DNA of 64,000 nt from an uncultured Planctomycetota bacterium (GCA_963719315.1 CAVRBU010000001.1:352001-416000); one strand, 5' to 3'; counted from the first letter of the stretch, positions 40,318 to 52,562 are shown. Translations and numbers: made by a program. The notes: generated from the letters alone by a model not told the origin.

Positions 40318-40347
40318 ACTCCCGGCTCCGTGCTCCCTGCTCCCCGC
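40318..40347. repeat. Right arm of the inverted 7-mer array
   Basis: ACTCCCGGCTCCGTGCTCCCTGCTCCCCGC. Confidence 0.85.
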
Positions 40348-40349
40348 CT

Positions 40350-41249
40350 TTAAAAGCTCAACATCTTGCGATACGCTCCCATCCGCCCTTCAATGTCCTC
40401 TCTCGAAATTTCCCGCATCCGCTCCAAACCGAATCCTTCGACGTTGAAACTGGCCACCAGAATTCCATACGCCATCGCCGTTTTCAGCGTCGCAGGGTCG
40501 AAATTGTCTTGTAGTGTGAGATAGCCCATCATGCCGCCGGCAAAACTGTCGCCGGCCCCGGTCGGGTCGATGACGTTTTCCGTGGGAAAGGCGGGCAATA
40601 CATAGGTTTCATGTTCACTGAAGAACATCGCACCGTGCTCCCCCTTCTTGATGACGACGAATCGCGGTCCCATTTCGCGCACCCGGTGCCCGGCCAACAC
40701 GAGGTTCTCGGTGTCCGCTAGCATCTTTGCTTCGCTGTCATTAATCACTAACCCATCGATCCGCTTGAAGAGCGCCATCAAATCGGCGTGCGTGGTTTGA
40801 ATCCAGAGTTCCATCGTATCGGCGACGACCAGCCGGCAACCCGGCACCTGGTCGAGCACCTTTAACTGCAGCGCCGGCACGCCGTTGGCCAGGAAGACAT
40901 ATTCCGTGCGGCGATATTTTTCCGAAAGCACCGGATTGAACTGCCCGAACACATTGAGCTGAATATCGAGCGTCTCGCGATCATTCATATTCGGCTCGTA
41001 GCGGCCCGTCCACCGAAACGTCTTGCCATCGGCCACCTGCAGCCCGGATGTGTCGATTCCGCGGCCGTTCAGAAGAGCCGTATGTTCGGGCGGCCAGTCT
41101 TGGCCTACGACACCCACCAACTGCACATCGGTGAAGAAACTGGCCGCATAGGAAAAGTGGGTAGCCGAGCCCCCCAGCAGGCCGTCGCGGCGGGCTTGAG
41201 GCGTTTCGACGTTATCAATGGCAACTGAACCGACTACGAGTAAGGGCAT
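40350..41249 (-). CDS. PfkB family carbohydrate kinase
   Basis: VVGSVAID, LGGSA, NDSEA, KKGEHGA and DPTGAGDSFAGG. Confidence 0.94.
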   Translation of the reverse strand: MPLLVVGSVAIDNVETPQARRDGLLGGSATHFSYAASFFTDVQLVGVVGQDWPPEHTALLNGRGIDTSGLQVADGKTFRWTGRYEPNMNDRETLDIQLNVFGQFNPVLSEKYRRTEYVFLANGVPALQLKVLDQVPGCRLVVADTMELWIQTTHADLMALFKRIDGLVINDSEAKMLADTENLVLAGHRVREMGPRFVVIKKGEHGAMFFSEHETYVLPAFPTENVIDPTGAGDSFAGGMMGYLTLQDNFDPATLKTAMAYGILVASFNVEGFGLERMREISREDIEGRMGAYRKMLSF

Positions 41250-41490
41250 TTTTTAGGGCAATCCGCACAATGGGTGAAAGTGAAATCAAGATTCAGGCGG
41301 CGATTATCGACCGCGCTGAATCGCTCCGCAAGGCGTGGCCTGCCTCTGGACTTGAAAGCGACCAGCCCTATAGTTCCCAAATGCTCGGAAAAATGCCGGG
41401 CAGCAGCTATGCTAAGGTGTTGGCAGCGAGGTTCGGTCGGGCGCCGACTCGCATGCCGAACGGGGATTGTCGGGAACAAGAGGCGAAACG

Positions 41491-43439
41491 GTGAACAGGC
41501 AGCGACGATTCTATTTCTTGGCCGCGCTCTGCCTGCTCGTCCTTTTTAGCCAATTCGCATGGGCCGACGCCTACGATCCGCCCGCCGGTTATTACACCAC
41601 TGCGACAGGAGTGGGGACCGCGCTGAAGCAGCAGCTGCATGCCCTGATCGACGCGGTCGATGATCCAGGTATCAGCGATGTCGTTGCGATTTCCCTGTCG
41701 TATGATTCCGCGCGGGCCAATCTCCAGGTGAGCGACGCGGACGTTGCCCATCCTGGCCATATGATTACGGTGTATGATCGTTCGTCGCTCGATGTTTCTT
41801 CCCTCTCGGCCAGCGGCATTCCGGGTTGGGATCCATCCGTTTGGAATCGAGAGCACACTTGGCCACGGAGTCGCGGCGTTGGTTCAAGCGGACCGGACGA
41901 CAGCGACATGTTCGAGATACGGCCAGCTCTGTCGGCGAGCAATGGTGATCGCGCGGACCTGAATTTCGGCGGCGCTTTTGCGCGCAGGCGTTCGGCACCG
42001 TGGTAGATGGTGGGCAAACCTATTGGTATCCAGGCGATGCCGAAGCCGGAATGATTGCCCGCCAACAGTTTTACCTGGCCGTGCGGTACAATGGCTCGGA
42101 CGGCAATACGAATGACCTGGAGTTGGGCGCGAACTTCATCTCAAACCCGAGCGGCTCCGATGACCCACCGCCACAGCTTGGAAACTTAAATCGTTTGATC
42201 GAGTGGAATTATGCCGCGACACCCGACTCGTTCGAACGCCGCCGAAACCAGATCATCTACGACAATTTCCAGCACAACCGCAATCCCTTTACGGACCACC
42301 CTGAGTACGTGTGGTCGGTGTTCGTCGACCAGAACAACGACAGCCAGTTGTCGATCCAGGGTGGAACGACGCTCGCCAATGGCAATTCAACGCGAATCGT
42401 TGACCTCGGCCGCGTGTTCGTGAACGGCGCGGTGCCGGCCGCTCAGGCGTTCACGCTAAATAAGAGTGGCAGCGACGGCACGTACTTTGAAGTTTCGACC
42501 AGCGGCGCTGCGACCAGTTCGCTTTCCGGTCGATTCAACGCGATGCGGACGAATCAAACAGACAGCAAGTCCATCTACGTCGGCCTGAGCACCTCGACCG
42601 CGACAGCCGGAATAAAGAGCGGCGCCGTGACGATCGACAACCTCGACATCACGACCGGCCTCGGCAGCGGCCACGGCGCCGGCGACCAGAACGACACGTT
42701 CAACGTCAGCCTCACCGTGCTCGACCACGCACAAGCGTCGTTTTCGTCGCTGGCGCTCGCCACGACGCGCACGCTTGATTTCGGCAACATCGCCATCGGC
42801 TCCAGTCCGTCCTCGTTGAACTTCGATGTCTATAACTTGCTGGCGGCCTCCGGCTTCTCGGCGAACATGGATTTCGACAGCTTCACGCCTTCCGGAAACT
42901 CTGCGGCTTTCAGCACGGACCTGGCAGCGTCGGCCGGATCGCTGGCAATCGCCGCGGGCGCTACGCATGCGTTCATGTCCACGTTCGTGGCTACGACCGT
43001 CGGCACATTCACGGCAAATTACTTGTTGAACTTCTCCGACGAGAACATCGCCGGCGCGCTGAACAGTTCGATCACACTCACGCTCACCGGCACGATGCGA
43101 CTGCCGGGCGATTACAACGGCGACTTGAAAGTCGATGCCGCCGATTATACCGTGTGGCGAATGACGATGGACCAGTCCGTTGCGGCCTACGACGGCGCCG
43201 ATGGAGACGGCGACGGCATGATCAACACGGCCGATTTCGACGTTTGGCGCACTCACTTCGGCCAAACCGCGTCCGGCAGTGGCGCCGCAATAGCGACCGC
43301 CGTCGTACCGGAACCGGCAAGTTGCGCGCTATTTGTGGCGGGCGCTCTCGTTTTCGCTTTTCGGCGTCCCGTCAGGAAGGCCCTCGGCAGGCGCTTACTT
43401 CGGGTCGCGTACGATTTCTCCGCCGGCGCTTGTGAATAG
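41491..43439 (+). CDS. Secreted endonuclease I / Bsn-like nuclease with a dockerin-like motif and PEP-CTERM anchor; apparent frameshift near 41980
   Basis: Signal peptide, [12 protein letters not shown]...NF; next frame G.IAR..FYLAVRY, ERRRN and [13 protein letters not shown]-terminal [16 protein letters not shown] and VPEP. Confidence 0.88.
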
Positions 43440-45117
43440 TGCGCTTAGTGTTTGCCGATCGACGCTATTGGCGACGAACGATACGTGGCCATCGGCGAAA
43501 GCCGCGAGCCAGCCGCCAGGACGCAGCCCGCCCAATCCGGCCGACGGGTTTTGAGCGTCGAACTTCAAATCATCCGGTTTCGTCCAATCCACTGCCTGAT
43601 CGGCATTCGCTTCCACGAGCATGATCGTATTGCTTGTTCCATCGGTGATGTTCCGAATGCGCGTGCCTTTTTCAGTGCCGTTGAATATGCACGGCGTCCC
43701 GACAACGGCCAGATAGTTCGTCTTGCCGGGTGGAAGTGGCAAATTAGGATTCGCATAGATGGCCGGCATTTGAGGAATGAGAGCGCGGTTGTGCTCGCTG
43801 TCCCAGGGTTCATCGAGATGGAACTGTTGATAGAGCGCCTGATTCTCGATAAACGGAAGGATTTGCACCCGCCAGCTTAACAGCGGTTTGCCATCCGGGC
43901 TGTAAATCGCATGAGCAGGGTAACTTTTCTTGGCGCTCTCATAATTGAGCAGCCCCAGAATCATCTGCTTCATGTTGTTCATCGATTGGTTCCGCCGCGC
44001 CGCCTCGCGGGCCGCCTGAACCGCCGGCAGCAACAGCGCGACCAGAACGCCAATCACCGCCACGGTGACCAACTGCTGCTGCTGAGAGTTACCGCCCTCG
44101 GCGAAAGAAAACCAACTGAGCGCCGTTGCGCTTCGGCATAAACGGCTGTGCCCAGCGGCCCGAGACCCGCTCCGCGTACTCCGCCATCGCCCGTTCGACC
44201 GGATCATCGCTGTCCTTCTGCTTGGCGAGCGAAGCCTTCATCTTTTCCTGATACATCGCGGCCGAGTCTGCCAAGATCTTCTCAATCTGTTGGGCGGCGG
44301 CCTCGTCGTTCGCATGCGCCACTAGCGAAGTGGTTCCCGCTTTCGAAAGATTGACCGTCAACTCCGCCGCATCGATCAAGTTGAGCGCGTCGAGAAACGG
44401 CTTCGCTTCGGGCGGAATCGGCTTATGCGATTGGGCCAGCCCCATTTGCAAGAGCGGCCGCAAACTGGTGATGTTCACCGCCGCATACAAATCGCTGCCG
44501 CCCGGCGCTTTTTGGACGCGATCGATAATCGGCCCCGACTTCGGCCCAGCAGCAGGCGCGGCAAATTTCTGGACTACCGCGTCCGGCGCGATGACGAGCG
44601 TCTTGGCATTCGGCGCGTAGAAGCTCGGCAGCATCGGCTGTTGGCTCTTGAGATACGCTCTGCCGGCAATTTGATCGCGCTGCGTGTGTGCCCGCAGTCG
44701 CTCGGGAATGTCCGACGCGTGAATCGGGGCAGTGAGCTTCAAGGTCAGGCCGTATACCGGCGCGATTGGATTGGCCAAATCCACAAACGCGACTGCTTCC
44801 TCCACATTCGCCGGATCGACGCCAAGGTATTTCAAACCGGCGGCCGTAGCTACTTCCACCGGCAGCAATTCGCTCATCGGCGACTTCATAATCTGCGCCG
44901 GCCGCAACACAACTACGACAGAAGCCGTCGGCGTGACATACGTCGTGTCAATCGCCCCGGCCGCCGCTCCGACGGGCTGCGTTGCCGTAACCGGCGCCGT
45001 CCCTGGGGCCGTCGTCTGCGCGACCACATTCAGCGACGGCCCGATCGCCATCGTCGCGGCAAGAAACGCACAAATAATCTGTTGCCGAAAGCCAGCACGC
45101 AATACGCTAGATGTCAT
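43395..45117 (-). CDS. DUF1559 domain protein with a large secreted N-terminal domain; apparent frameshift near 44102
   Basis: C-part [47 protein letters not shown] and AFADGHV; N-part paralogous to the neighbouring gene. Confidence 0.85.
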
Positions 45118-45173
45118 GTTTTAGTCCTATATGACGAGTAATTGATAAGTGAAGCGATAATTGCGAATTTGCG

Positions 45174-46430
45174 TCACCGCCGCTCGGCTTCGGGCGGTGG
45201 GACTTCACCGCCGGCGGGCGGCGCCCCGACACCTGCTCCCTCTTGGGCTCTCCGCGCCGCCTCGCGTGCCGCCTGGACGGCCGGCAGCAGCAACGCAACG
45301 AGAACTCCAATCACTGCCACGCTGGTGAGCTGCCGCTGGGCCGGATCCTGGCCGTCGATTTGAACGCATGTCACGCTGGTTCCGTTTCGTAGAGGCTGAA
45401 ACGGCTTCGCCATCCGTTCTTTGTATCGGGCCAACGCTTGCTGAATAGGATCGTCGCCCGCTGGCTGCTCGCCTGCCGTGGCCTGATATTTGTTGATCGC
45501 CTCCAGCAGCATCGCTTCAATTTGTTGGGCCGCCGCGTCGTCATTGCCGTGGAGGACAAGCGAAGTGGGGCCCGGAGCAGTCAGATTGAACGTCAATTCC
45601 GCGGCCGAGATGAGATTGGGCGCGTCTAGGTAAGGCTTGGCCTCAGGAGGTAGCTTCCCTTGCGCTTGCGCCATGCTCATTTGAATGAGCGGACGCAGGC
45701 TCACTACGTCCGCGGCAACATACAAATCGCTGCCCGCCTGCGCCTCTCGCGATCGATCTAGAATTGGGCCGGATTTCGGTTGGCCGGCCGATGTGACCAA
45801 AGTCTGCATGACGGCATCCGGCGCCAATACCAGCGTTTTGTTGTTAGGCCCGTAGAAACTTGGCAGCAAGGGATGGGCGCTTTTCAAGTACTTCTTCCCG
45901 TTCAAGTCGGAAAGGTGTGCATGCGTGCGCCGTTCGACGGGAATCGCCGCGGCTCGAAACGGCTTGTTGAATTTGATCGTTACACCATATAGGGGCGGAA
46001 GCCCATTTGATAAATCAATAAACGCGATGATTTCGTCCACATCGACCGGATCGACTCCCAAGTACTTTACCCCCGCCGCCGATGCCACCTCGACAGGAAA
46101 CATTTGTGACACGGGCGATGTCAGCAATTGGGCCGGCCGAAGCACGGCGAGCACCGATGCCGTCGGTGACACAAACGTCGTATCGATTTTGCCGGTCATG
46201 GATCCCGGCGAGCTGGGCGGCGCGGGCGACCCCTCCTGAAAAATAGGCGGGGTCTCGGCCGGTGGCGCCTCGGGCCCACGCTCCAACCCGCTAACGCTCC
46301 TTCGCACCGCCTGCTGGGCGCCAAACCCTTGCCCGAACGCGGCCGCCGAAGGGGCCGCGGCGATCGCCCCCGAAAGCAGGAAACAAAGAAATCGCTGAAA
46401 ACGACCGGGCCGGAGTTGGTGACTAATCAT
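45174..46430 (-). CDS. Paralogue of the preceding gene, ending just after the pilin-like helix (no DUF1559 core); start ATG 46430
   Basis: Shared blocks IDTT.V.PTAS, PVEVA.AAG.KYLGVDP and GSDLY; C-terminal [21 protein letters not shown]. Confidence 0.8.
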   Translation of the reverse strand: MISHQLRPGRFQRFLCFLLSGAIAAAPSAAAFGQGFGAQQAVRRSVSGLERGPEAPPAETPPIFQEGSPAPPSSPGSMTGKIDTTFVSPTASVLAVLRPAQLLTSPVSQMFPVEVASAAGVKYLGVDPVDVDEIIAFIDLSNGLPPLYGVTIKFNKPFRAAAIPVERRTHAHLSDLNGKKYLKSAHPLLPSFYGPNNKTLVLAPDAVMQTLVTSAGQPKSGPILDRSREAQAGSDLYVAADVVSLRPLIQMSMAQAQGKLPPEAKPYLDAPNLISAAELTFNLTAPGPTSLVLHGNDDAAAQQIEAMLLEAINKYQATAGEQPAGDDPIQQALARYKERMAKPFQPLRNGTSVTCVQIDGQDPAQRQLTSVAVIGVLVALLLPAVQAAREAARRAQEGAGVGAPPAGGEVPPPEAERR

Positions 46431-46755
46431 GGCTATGTTCCAACCTGGGAGAATTTCGGTGCAGAGAAGCAAAACAGTTCGCCGGCGAAAGCGTCGGTTC
46501 AGCTTAAAGTCGCCCCCAGGCCACGTCAAATTAGTGGGCAGGGCTCAAAATCGGCCCGCCGCCCAAGCATAATGAAAACCTAGAATTCAAGCGGTATCGA
46601 GTCGCGGTTCTGGACACTCCGTGGTGGGCTGTCCCTGCCGGTATTGGCGGGATTCCCCCATCTATCCACCAGGACGGCGATGGCGAAGAATTTCTAGCTA
46701 GTTCGTTTCGGCACCTCGCATCGTGCCAGCGCGCTTCGCGAATTGAGGAACATGC

Positions 46756-48084
46756 ATGGGTAGGCCGAAGCGAACTTTAGCGACTCTATCGGTCGGCGTG
46801 TTGTGGCTGTCGTCCTGCCGGCAGCCCAATCAATTCGTACCCCCGCCCCCGCCGACCGTGACTGTCGCGCATCCCGTGGAGCGCGCCGTCGCGGATAGCA
46901 TCGAGCTCTCTGGCATTACCGAGCCCACGCAAATCGTCGATCTCCGCGCTCGCGTAAATGGATACCTGGAAAAAATCCTGGTCGAGGACGGCGCCGATGT
47001 CAAAGTCGGCGAGGAATTGTTCTTGATCGAGCAAGCCCCCTATCAGTCGGTGCTCGACGCCGCGAAGGCGGCCGACCATAAGGCGATCGCTTCCTTGGCG
47101 TTGGCCAAGAGCCAGTACCGCCGCATGGAACCGCTGCGAGCAAACGGCGTGGTCACGCAGGAAGAGCTCGATGTTCAAGCCGCCCAGGTCGCCACGTCGC
47201 AGGCCGACGTGGAAGCCGCCGAAGCCGCGGTGCGGAAGGCGGAGCTGGATTTGGGCTACACGAAAATCACGGCGCCGATCTCGGGGCGCATGGGCCGGCA
47301 CTTGGTGGATGTCGGCAACCTCGTTCGCGCGGAAGAGACTCAACTGGCCATCATTCGGGTGATCGATCCGATCTACGTGCAATTCGAAATCAGCGAAAAC
47401 GACTTGCTGCGGTTTATGGCGATGCTGCGAAACAAGGAGTTGCCGGACCCGGAAAAGCACCCGCCGGTGCTGTATCTTGGGCTCGCCAATGAAGAGGGCT
47501 TCCCCCACGAGGGGCACCTGGACTACCGCGAGATGGTCGTCGATCCGCAGACCGGAACGGCGCGCCGCCGCGCCATTTTCCCGAACCCCGGTTGGGAACT
47601 TATTCCAGGGATGTCCGTGCGTCTTCAGGCCGCGATAGGATCTCCGAAGCCCCGTTTGCTAATCGACGAACGGGCGATCGGCAGCGACCAACGTGGCGAT
47701 TACCTGCTCGTCGTGAATAGCAAAGACACCGTCGAGTATCGCCCCGTGAAACTCGGCATTCACGTCGGTTCGAGGCGCGTCATCGACAGTGGCATCGAAG
47801 CCAGCGATTGGGTCGTAGTCAACGGCCTACAACGCGCCCGCCCCGGTTCCGAGGTGAAGCCCGAGCCCGCTGAAACTTCCGACGCGTCCGCGACGAAAAC
47901 TGAATCCCCTGTCAAACCCGAAGGCTCGACGACAACCCCACCTGAAACGAAAACGGAACCCGAAGCTGCTGCGCCAGCCAAGCCCGGCGACGAGCCAAAA
48001 ACGGCGCCCGGCTCGAACTCCACAGCGACTCCGGAAAAGTCGACTGCTGCGCCTTCGCCCAACGTGCCGGACAAGCCAAAGTAG
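46756..48084 (+). CDS. RND efflux periplasmic adaptor (MFP) lipoprotein
   Basis: LSSC lipobox, LRARVNGYL, LGYTKITAPISG and VVVNGLQRARPG. Confidence 0.93.
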   Translation: MGRPKRTLATLSVGVLWLSSCRQPNQFVPPPPPTVTVAHPVERAVADSIELSGITEPTQIVDLRARVNGYLEKILVEDGADVKVGEELFLIEQAPYQSVLDAAKAADHKAIASLALAKSQYRRMEPLRANGVVTQEELDVQAAQVATSQADVEAAEAAVRKAELDLGYTKITAPISGRMGRHLVDVGNLVRAEETQLAIIRVIDPIYVQFEISENDLLRFMAMLRNKELPDPEKHPPVLYLGLANEEGFPHEGHLDYREMVVDPQTGTARRRAIFPNPGWELIPGMSVRLQAAIGSPKPRLLIDERAIGSDQRGDYLLVVNSKDTVEYRPVKLGIHVGSRRVIDSGIEASDWVVVNGLQRARPGSEVKPEPAETSDASATKTESPVKPEGSTTTPPETKTEPEAAAPAKPGDEPKTAPGSNSTATPEKSTAAPSPNVPDKPK

Positions 48085-48153
48085 CAGCCGGCTCCTGCCC
48101 ACAAATTCGTCCCGCACTCCTCGAACCCATCCCACTATTCCACTCCCGCGGCA

Positions 48154-51100
48154 ATGCTCTCCCGGTTTTTCATCGAACGCCCGATCTTCGCAAATGTCAT
48201 CGCCTTGGTGACGATTTTGCTGGGCGCGATTTCGGTCTGGCGATTGCCGGTCGAGCAGTATCCGGCCATCACGCCGCCGACCGTCCGCGTGACGACAAAC
48301 TATCCCGGCGCGAATGCCGACGTGGTGGCCAACACGGTCGCATCGCCGATCGAAACCCAAGTCAACGGCGTGGAGAACATGCTCTACATGTCGTCCACGT
48401 CCTCGGGCGATGGCGGCTACTCGAACACCATCACGTTCGAAATCGGCACAAATCTCGATACGGCCCAGGTGCTCGTGCAGAATCGCGTGGCGATCGCCGA
48501 GCCGCAACTTCCCGAAGAAGTCCGCCGCCAGGGAGTGACCGTCAAAAAGCAATCCACCAACATTATGTTGGTGATCTCGCTCACTTCGCCCGATAGCACG
48601 TTTGATAGCTTATTCCTGGCGAACTACGCGACGCGAGAATTGCGCGACGTACTCAGCCGATTGCACGGCGTCGGCGAAGTCACGGTGTTCGGCACGGCGA
48701 ACTACAGCATGCGCGTGTGGCTCAACCCGCACGAACTCAAATCGCGCGGCCTGACGACGGAAGACGTCGCCAACGCCCTCCGCGAACAAAACGTGCAGGT
48801 CGCCGCCGGCCAGGTCGGTCAGCCCCCGATCGACGACAAAAACGCCCCGGATTTCCAATACAACGTCACCACGCTGGGCCGGCTGAGCGACGCGGAGCAA
48901 TTTCAGAACATCATCGTCCGGGCCGCCGACCGCACTAAAATCACACGGCTCAAGGACGTCGCTCGCATCGAGCTCGGTGCTCAAACCTACGATCAATACA
49001 ACTTGATCAAAGGCCGACCGACCGCCAACATCGGCATCTTTCAACTACCGGGCAGCAATGCGCTGGATGTCGTCCGCGAGGTTCGCAAGGAAGTCGAGAA
49101 ACTCGCCGCATCATTCCCGAAGGGCATGAGCTACGAGTTCCCGCTCGATACCACCAAGTTCGTCGACGAGTCGATTCGCGCCGTCTATGAAACGCTGATC
49201 GAAGCCGGCGTGCTCGTGCTGCTGGTAATCTTGGTGTTCCTGCAAGATTGGCGGGCCCTGCTCGTGCCCGCTACCACGGTGCCGGTGACGATCATCGGCG
49301 CGTTCTTCGCGATGTGGCTGCTCGGTTTCAGCGTCAACATGCTCACGTTGTTTGGCCTGGTGCTCGCCATCGGCATCGTCGTGGATGACGCGATCGTCGT
49401 CGTCGAAAACGCCGCGCACCATATCGAGAGAGGGCTGCCGCCCAAACAGGCCACGATTCAAGCCATGAGCGAAGTGCTCGGGCCGATCATCGGCATCACG
49501 CTCGTGCTCATGAGCGTGTTCCTTCCGAGCGCGTTCATGAGCGGCATCACGGGTCAGCTTTATCAGCAATTCGCGCTCACGATCGCTGCTACCGCATTCA
49601 TCAGCGCAATCAATGCCGTGACGCTCAAGCCGGCCCAATGCGCGCTGTGGTTACGTCCCCACAGCGGCCGCAAGAACTTCTTCACGCGCGGTTTCGATCG
49701 CGCGTATGGCTGGCTCGAATCATTCTACGCGGCTATCGTGCGGGGCATCGTCCGCATTTCGCCCTTGATGATGCTTTTGTTCGCTGGCTTGATGGTGCTA
49801 ACCGCCTGGTGGTACCAGCGTGTGCCTACCGGCTTCATCCCGACGGAAGACCAAGGATACTGCTTCGTCCTCGTGCAATTGCCGGATGCCGCTTCGCAAG
49901 AACGTTCGAAAGCCGTCATGCGGAAAGTCGACGAGATTTTGGAGAAGATCGAAGGGGTCGAGAATTGGATCACCATCGGCGGGCTGTCCATTATCGATCA
50001 AAGCTCGGCGCCGAACACCGGCACGATGTTCGTCACGTTCGCCCCTTTTGAGGAACGCCTGAAAAAGGGTCTCTCGCTCGATACGATGCTCGCCAAACTG
50101 CGGACGCAACTCGGCACGATTCAGGAAGCCGTCGTGCTGCCGTTCGCGCCGCCGGCCATTCGCGGTCTCGGCGTTCGCGGCGGTTTCGAAATGCAGGTGC
50201 AGGACCGCGGCGACCTCGGCCGTACCGTCTTGAACCAAGTCGTTACTGGAATCATCGAAGATGCCCGTAGCCAATCCGGCCTCGGAGCGTTGAACACGAC
50301 CTTCCGTCCCGGCGTGCCGCAGTTGTATGTGGATATCAATCGAGAAAAAGTGAAGCTGCTCGATATCCCGCTCAGCTCCGTCTTTGCCACGATGCAGGCC
50401 TACCTCGGGTCGAGCTACGTGAACGATTTCAACAAGTTCGGCCGCGTGTACCAGGTCCGCCTGCAGGCCGAGGCCAAGTATCGCGCCGAGCCGAACGATA
50501 TCCGCACGCTCGAAGTGCGAAACCGCGAGGGTGAAATGGTACCGCTCGGCACACTCGCCACGATCAAGAAAACGTTCGGCGCCCAAATCATCAACCGCTA
50601 CAACATGTACCCGTCCGCCGCGATCACGGGCGAGCCAGCCCAGGGCGCAGCACGGGCGAAGCGCTGCAACTCATGGAACAGATCGCCGCCCGCAATTTGC
50701 CCGACCGCATGGGCTACGAATGGACCGGCATGGCCTACCAGGAAAAGAAAGTCGGCGGCGAAGCCATCGGGATCTTTGCGATGGCCGTGCTGTTGGTCTA
50801 CCTGGTGCTGGCCGCCCAGTACGAAAGCTGGTTCATCCCCTGGGCCGTAATTCTCGTCGTACCGCTCGGCGTCCTGGGCGCCGTGGCCGCCGTTTCGATA
50901 CGCGGGATGGATAACAATGTGTACACGCAGATCGGCATCGTGCTAATCATCGCGCTCGCCAGTAAGAACTCGATTCTGATCGTCGAGTTCGCCCGCGAGC
51001 TGCGGCGTCACGGCAAACCGATTCGCGAGGCGGCTGCCGAAGCCGCCCGGATGCGGTTCCGACCCATTTTGATGACGTCGTTCGCGTTCATCTTGGGCGT

Positions 51101-51296
51101 CACTCCCTTGATGGTCGCCCACGGCGCCGGGGCCGCTGGCCAGCAAGCGCTCGGCACCGCCGTTTTTGGCGGCATGCTCGCCTCGACGTTCCTGGCGATC
51201 TTCTTCGTGCCGGCCTTTTTCATCGTGATGCAAAGCGTCAGCGAGTGGTGGGGCCACGGAAAGCCCGTCGCAAAAAGCGCTGCCGACGCTGTGTAG
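48154..51296 (+). CDS. RND efflux permease, HAE1 (AcrB-like); apparent frameshift near 50647
   Basis: FFIERPIFA, AIGIVVDDAIVVVEN; second frame LAAQYES, ASKNSILIVEFA and RFRPILMTS. Confidence 0.95.
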
Positions 51297-51602
51297 GGTG
51301 GCGCCGCTCACCAATTTTTGCGCAAAATCGACGGCGGGAGGTGCTCGCCCTTACGTCCAATCATTCCAATCGCAACGATTGTTCGGGCCGCCCGAGCGGT
51401 TTGTATCGGTATCGCGATCGATCGGACATGGGCCGCGATAATTGGTCGGTTTAGCCGACCGTCGTGCCGGTAAACGGACACCCGATCCGTATCTCAAAGC
51501 TATGGTTGCTCAGACTTCGGCAGTCGCTGCCGCGAGCCTGGCGGCACTTTGTGCGCGAACATCAGGGCTCCATTTTCGAATTGCATCGCGGTTGGCTAGC
51601 TC

Positions 51603-52463
51603 ATGTTAGTTATCGTTGGCATCATCGTCGTGGTCGGGGCCGTGTTGGGCGGCTTCACGATGGCCGGCGGCCATTTCGGTGCGCTGATTCACCCCTCGGA
51701 GTTCGTCACGATCGGCGGCGCCGCGCTAGGCGGCCTCATCGTCGGTACGCCGAAAAAAGTGTTAGTCGATCTGATGAAGGGCCTCATCGCGTCGATCAAG
51801 GGCTCGCCCTACAACAAGGCGGCCCACGAAGACGCCTTCAAGTGCATGTACGATTTACTCCGCCTCGCCCGCCGCGATGGCATGCTCGCCCTCGAACCGC
51901 ACATCTCCAAACCCGACGAAAGCAGCATCTTCAGCAAATACCCGAAGGTCGCCCGCGATCACCACCTGTTGCACTTCATTTGCGGTGGCATGGGACCGCT
52001 GATCGATGCGACCGTGAAGCCGGAACAAATTGCCGGGTTGTTGGAGGTCGAACTCGGCGTTCTTCACGAAGAGCATCACGCGCCGATGCACGCCTTGCAG
52101 AAAACGGCCGATGCCTTGCCGGGCTTCGGCATCGTGGCCGCCGTGCTGGGCATCGTCATCACGATGGGTCACATCGACGGCCCGCCCGCCGAAATCGGCG
52201 AAAAGGTCGGCGCCGCGTTGGTGGGAACGTTTTTGGGGATCTTGTTGTCCTACGGATTCGCCGCGCCGCTCGCGACGCGGATGGAATTCCTCGCCCAAAG
52301 CGAGAACGCGTTTTTCAAAGTCATCGCCTCGATCATCGCGGGGTTCGCCAACAACCTGCCGCCAAAGGTGGCCGTTGAAATGGCCCGTCGCAGCGTCTCA
52401 AGCGAGTTCCGTCCCGAACGCGAAGAACTCGACGAATGGTTCAAAGAAGCGGAAGCAGCGTAG
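51603..52463 (+). CDS. motA: Flagellar stator protein MotA
   Basis: HPSEFVTIGG, ARRDGMLALE, ALPGFGIVAAVLG and AALVGTFLG. Confidence 0.94.
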   Translation: MLVIVGIIVVVGAVLGGFTMAGGHFGALIHPSEFVTIGGAALGGLIVGTPKKVLVDLMKGLIASIKGSPYNKAAHEDAFKCMYDLLRLARRDGMLALEPHISKPDESSIFSKYPKVARDHHLLHFICGGMGPLIDATVKPEQIAGLLEVELGVLHEEHHAPMHALQKTADALPGFGIVAAVLGIVITMGHIDGPPAEIGEKVGAALVGTFLGILLSYGFAAPLATRMEFLAQSENAFFKVIASIIAGFANNLPPKVAVEMARRSVSSEFRPEREELDEWFKEAEAA

Positions 52464-52467
52464 CAGG

Positions 52468-52549
52468 GTTGAGAGTTGATGGTTGAGGGTCGAGAGTCCG
52501 GAACACCCCCGTCAACTTGACCCTCAACACTCAACCATCAACTCTCAAC
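52468..52549. repeat. Empty inverted 7-mer-array element between motA and motB
   Basis: GTTGAGAGTTGATGGTTGAGGGTCGAGAGTC (52468-98) pairs with 52519-49 at 28/31. Confidence 0.9.
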
Positions 52550-52562
52550 GGCGGAGCATAGC

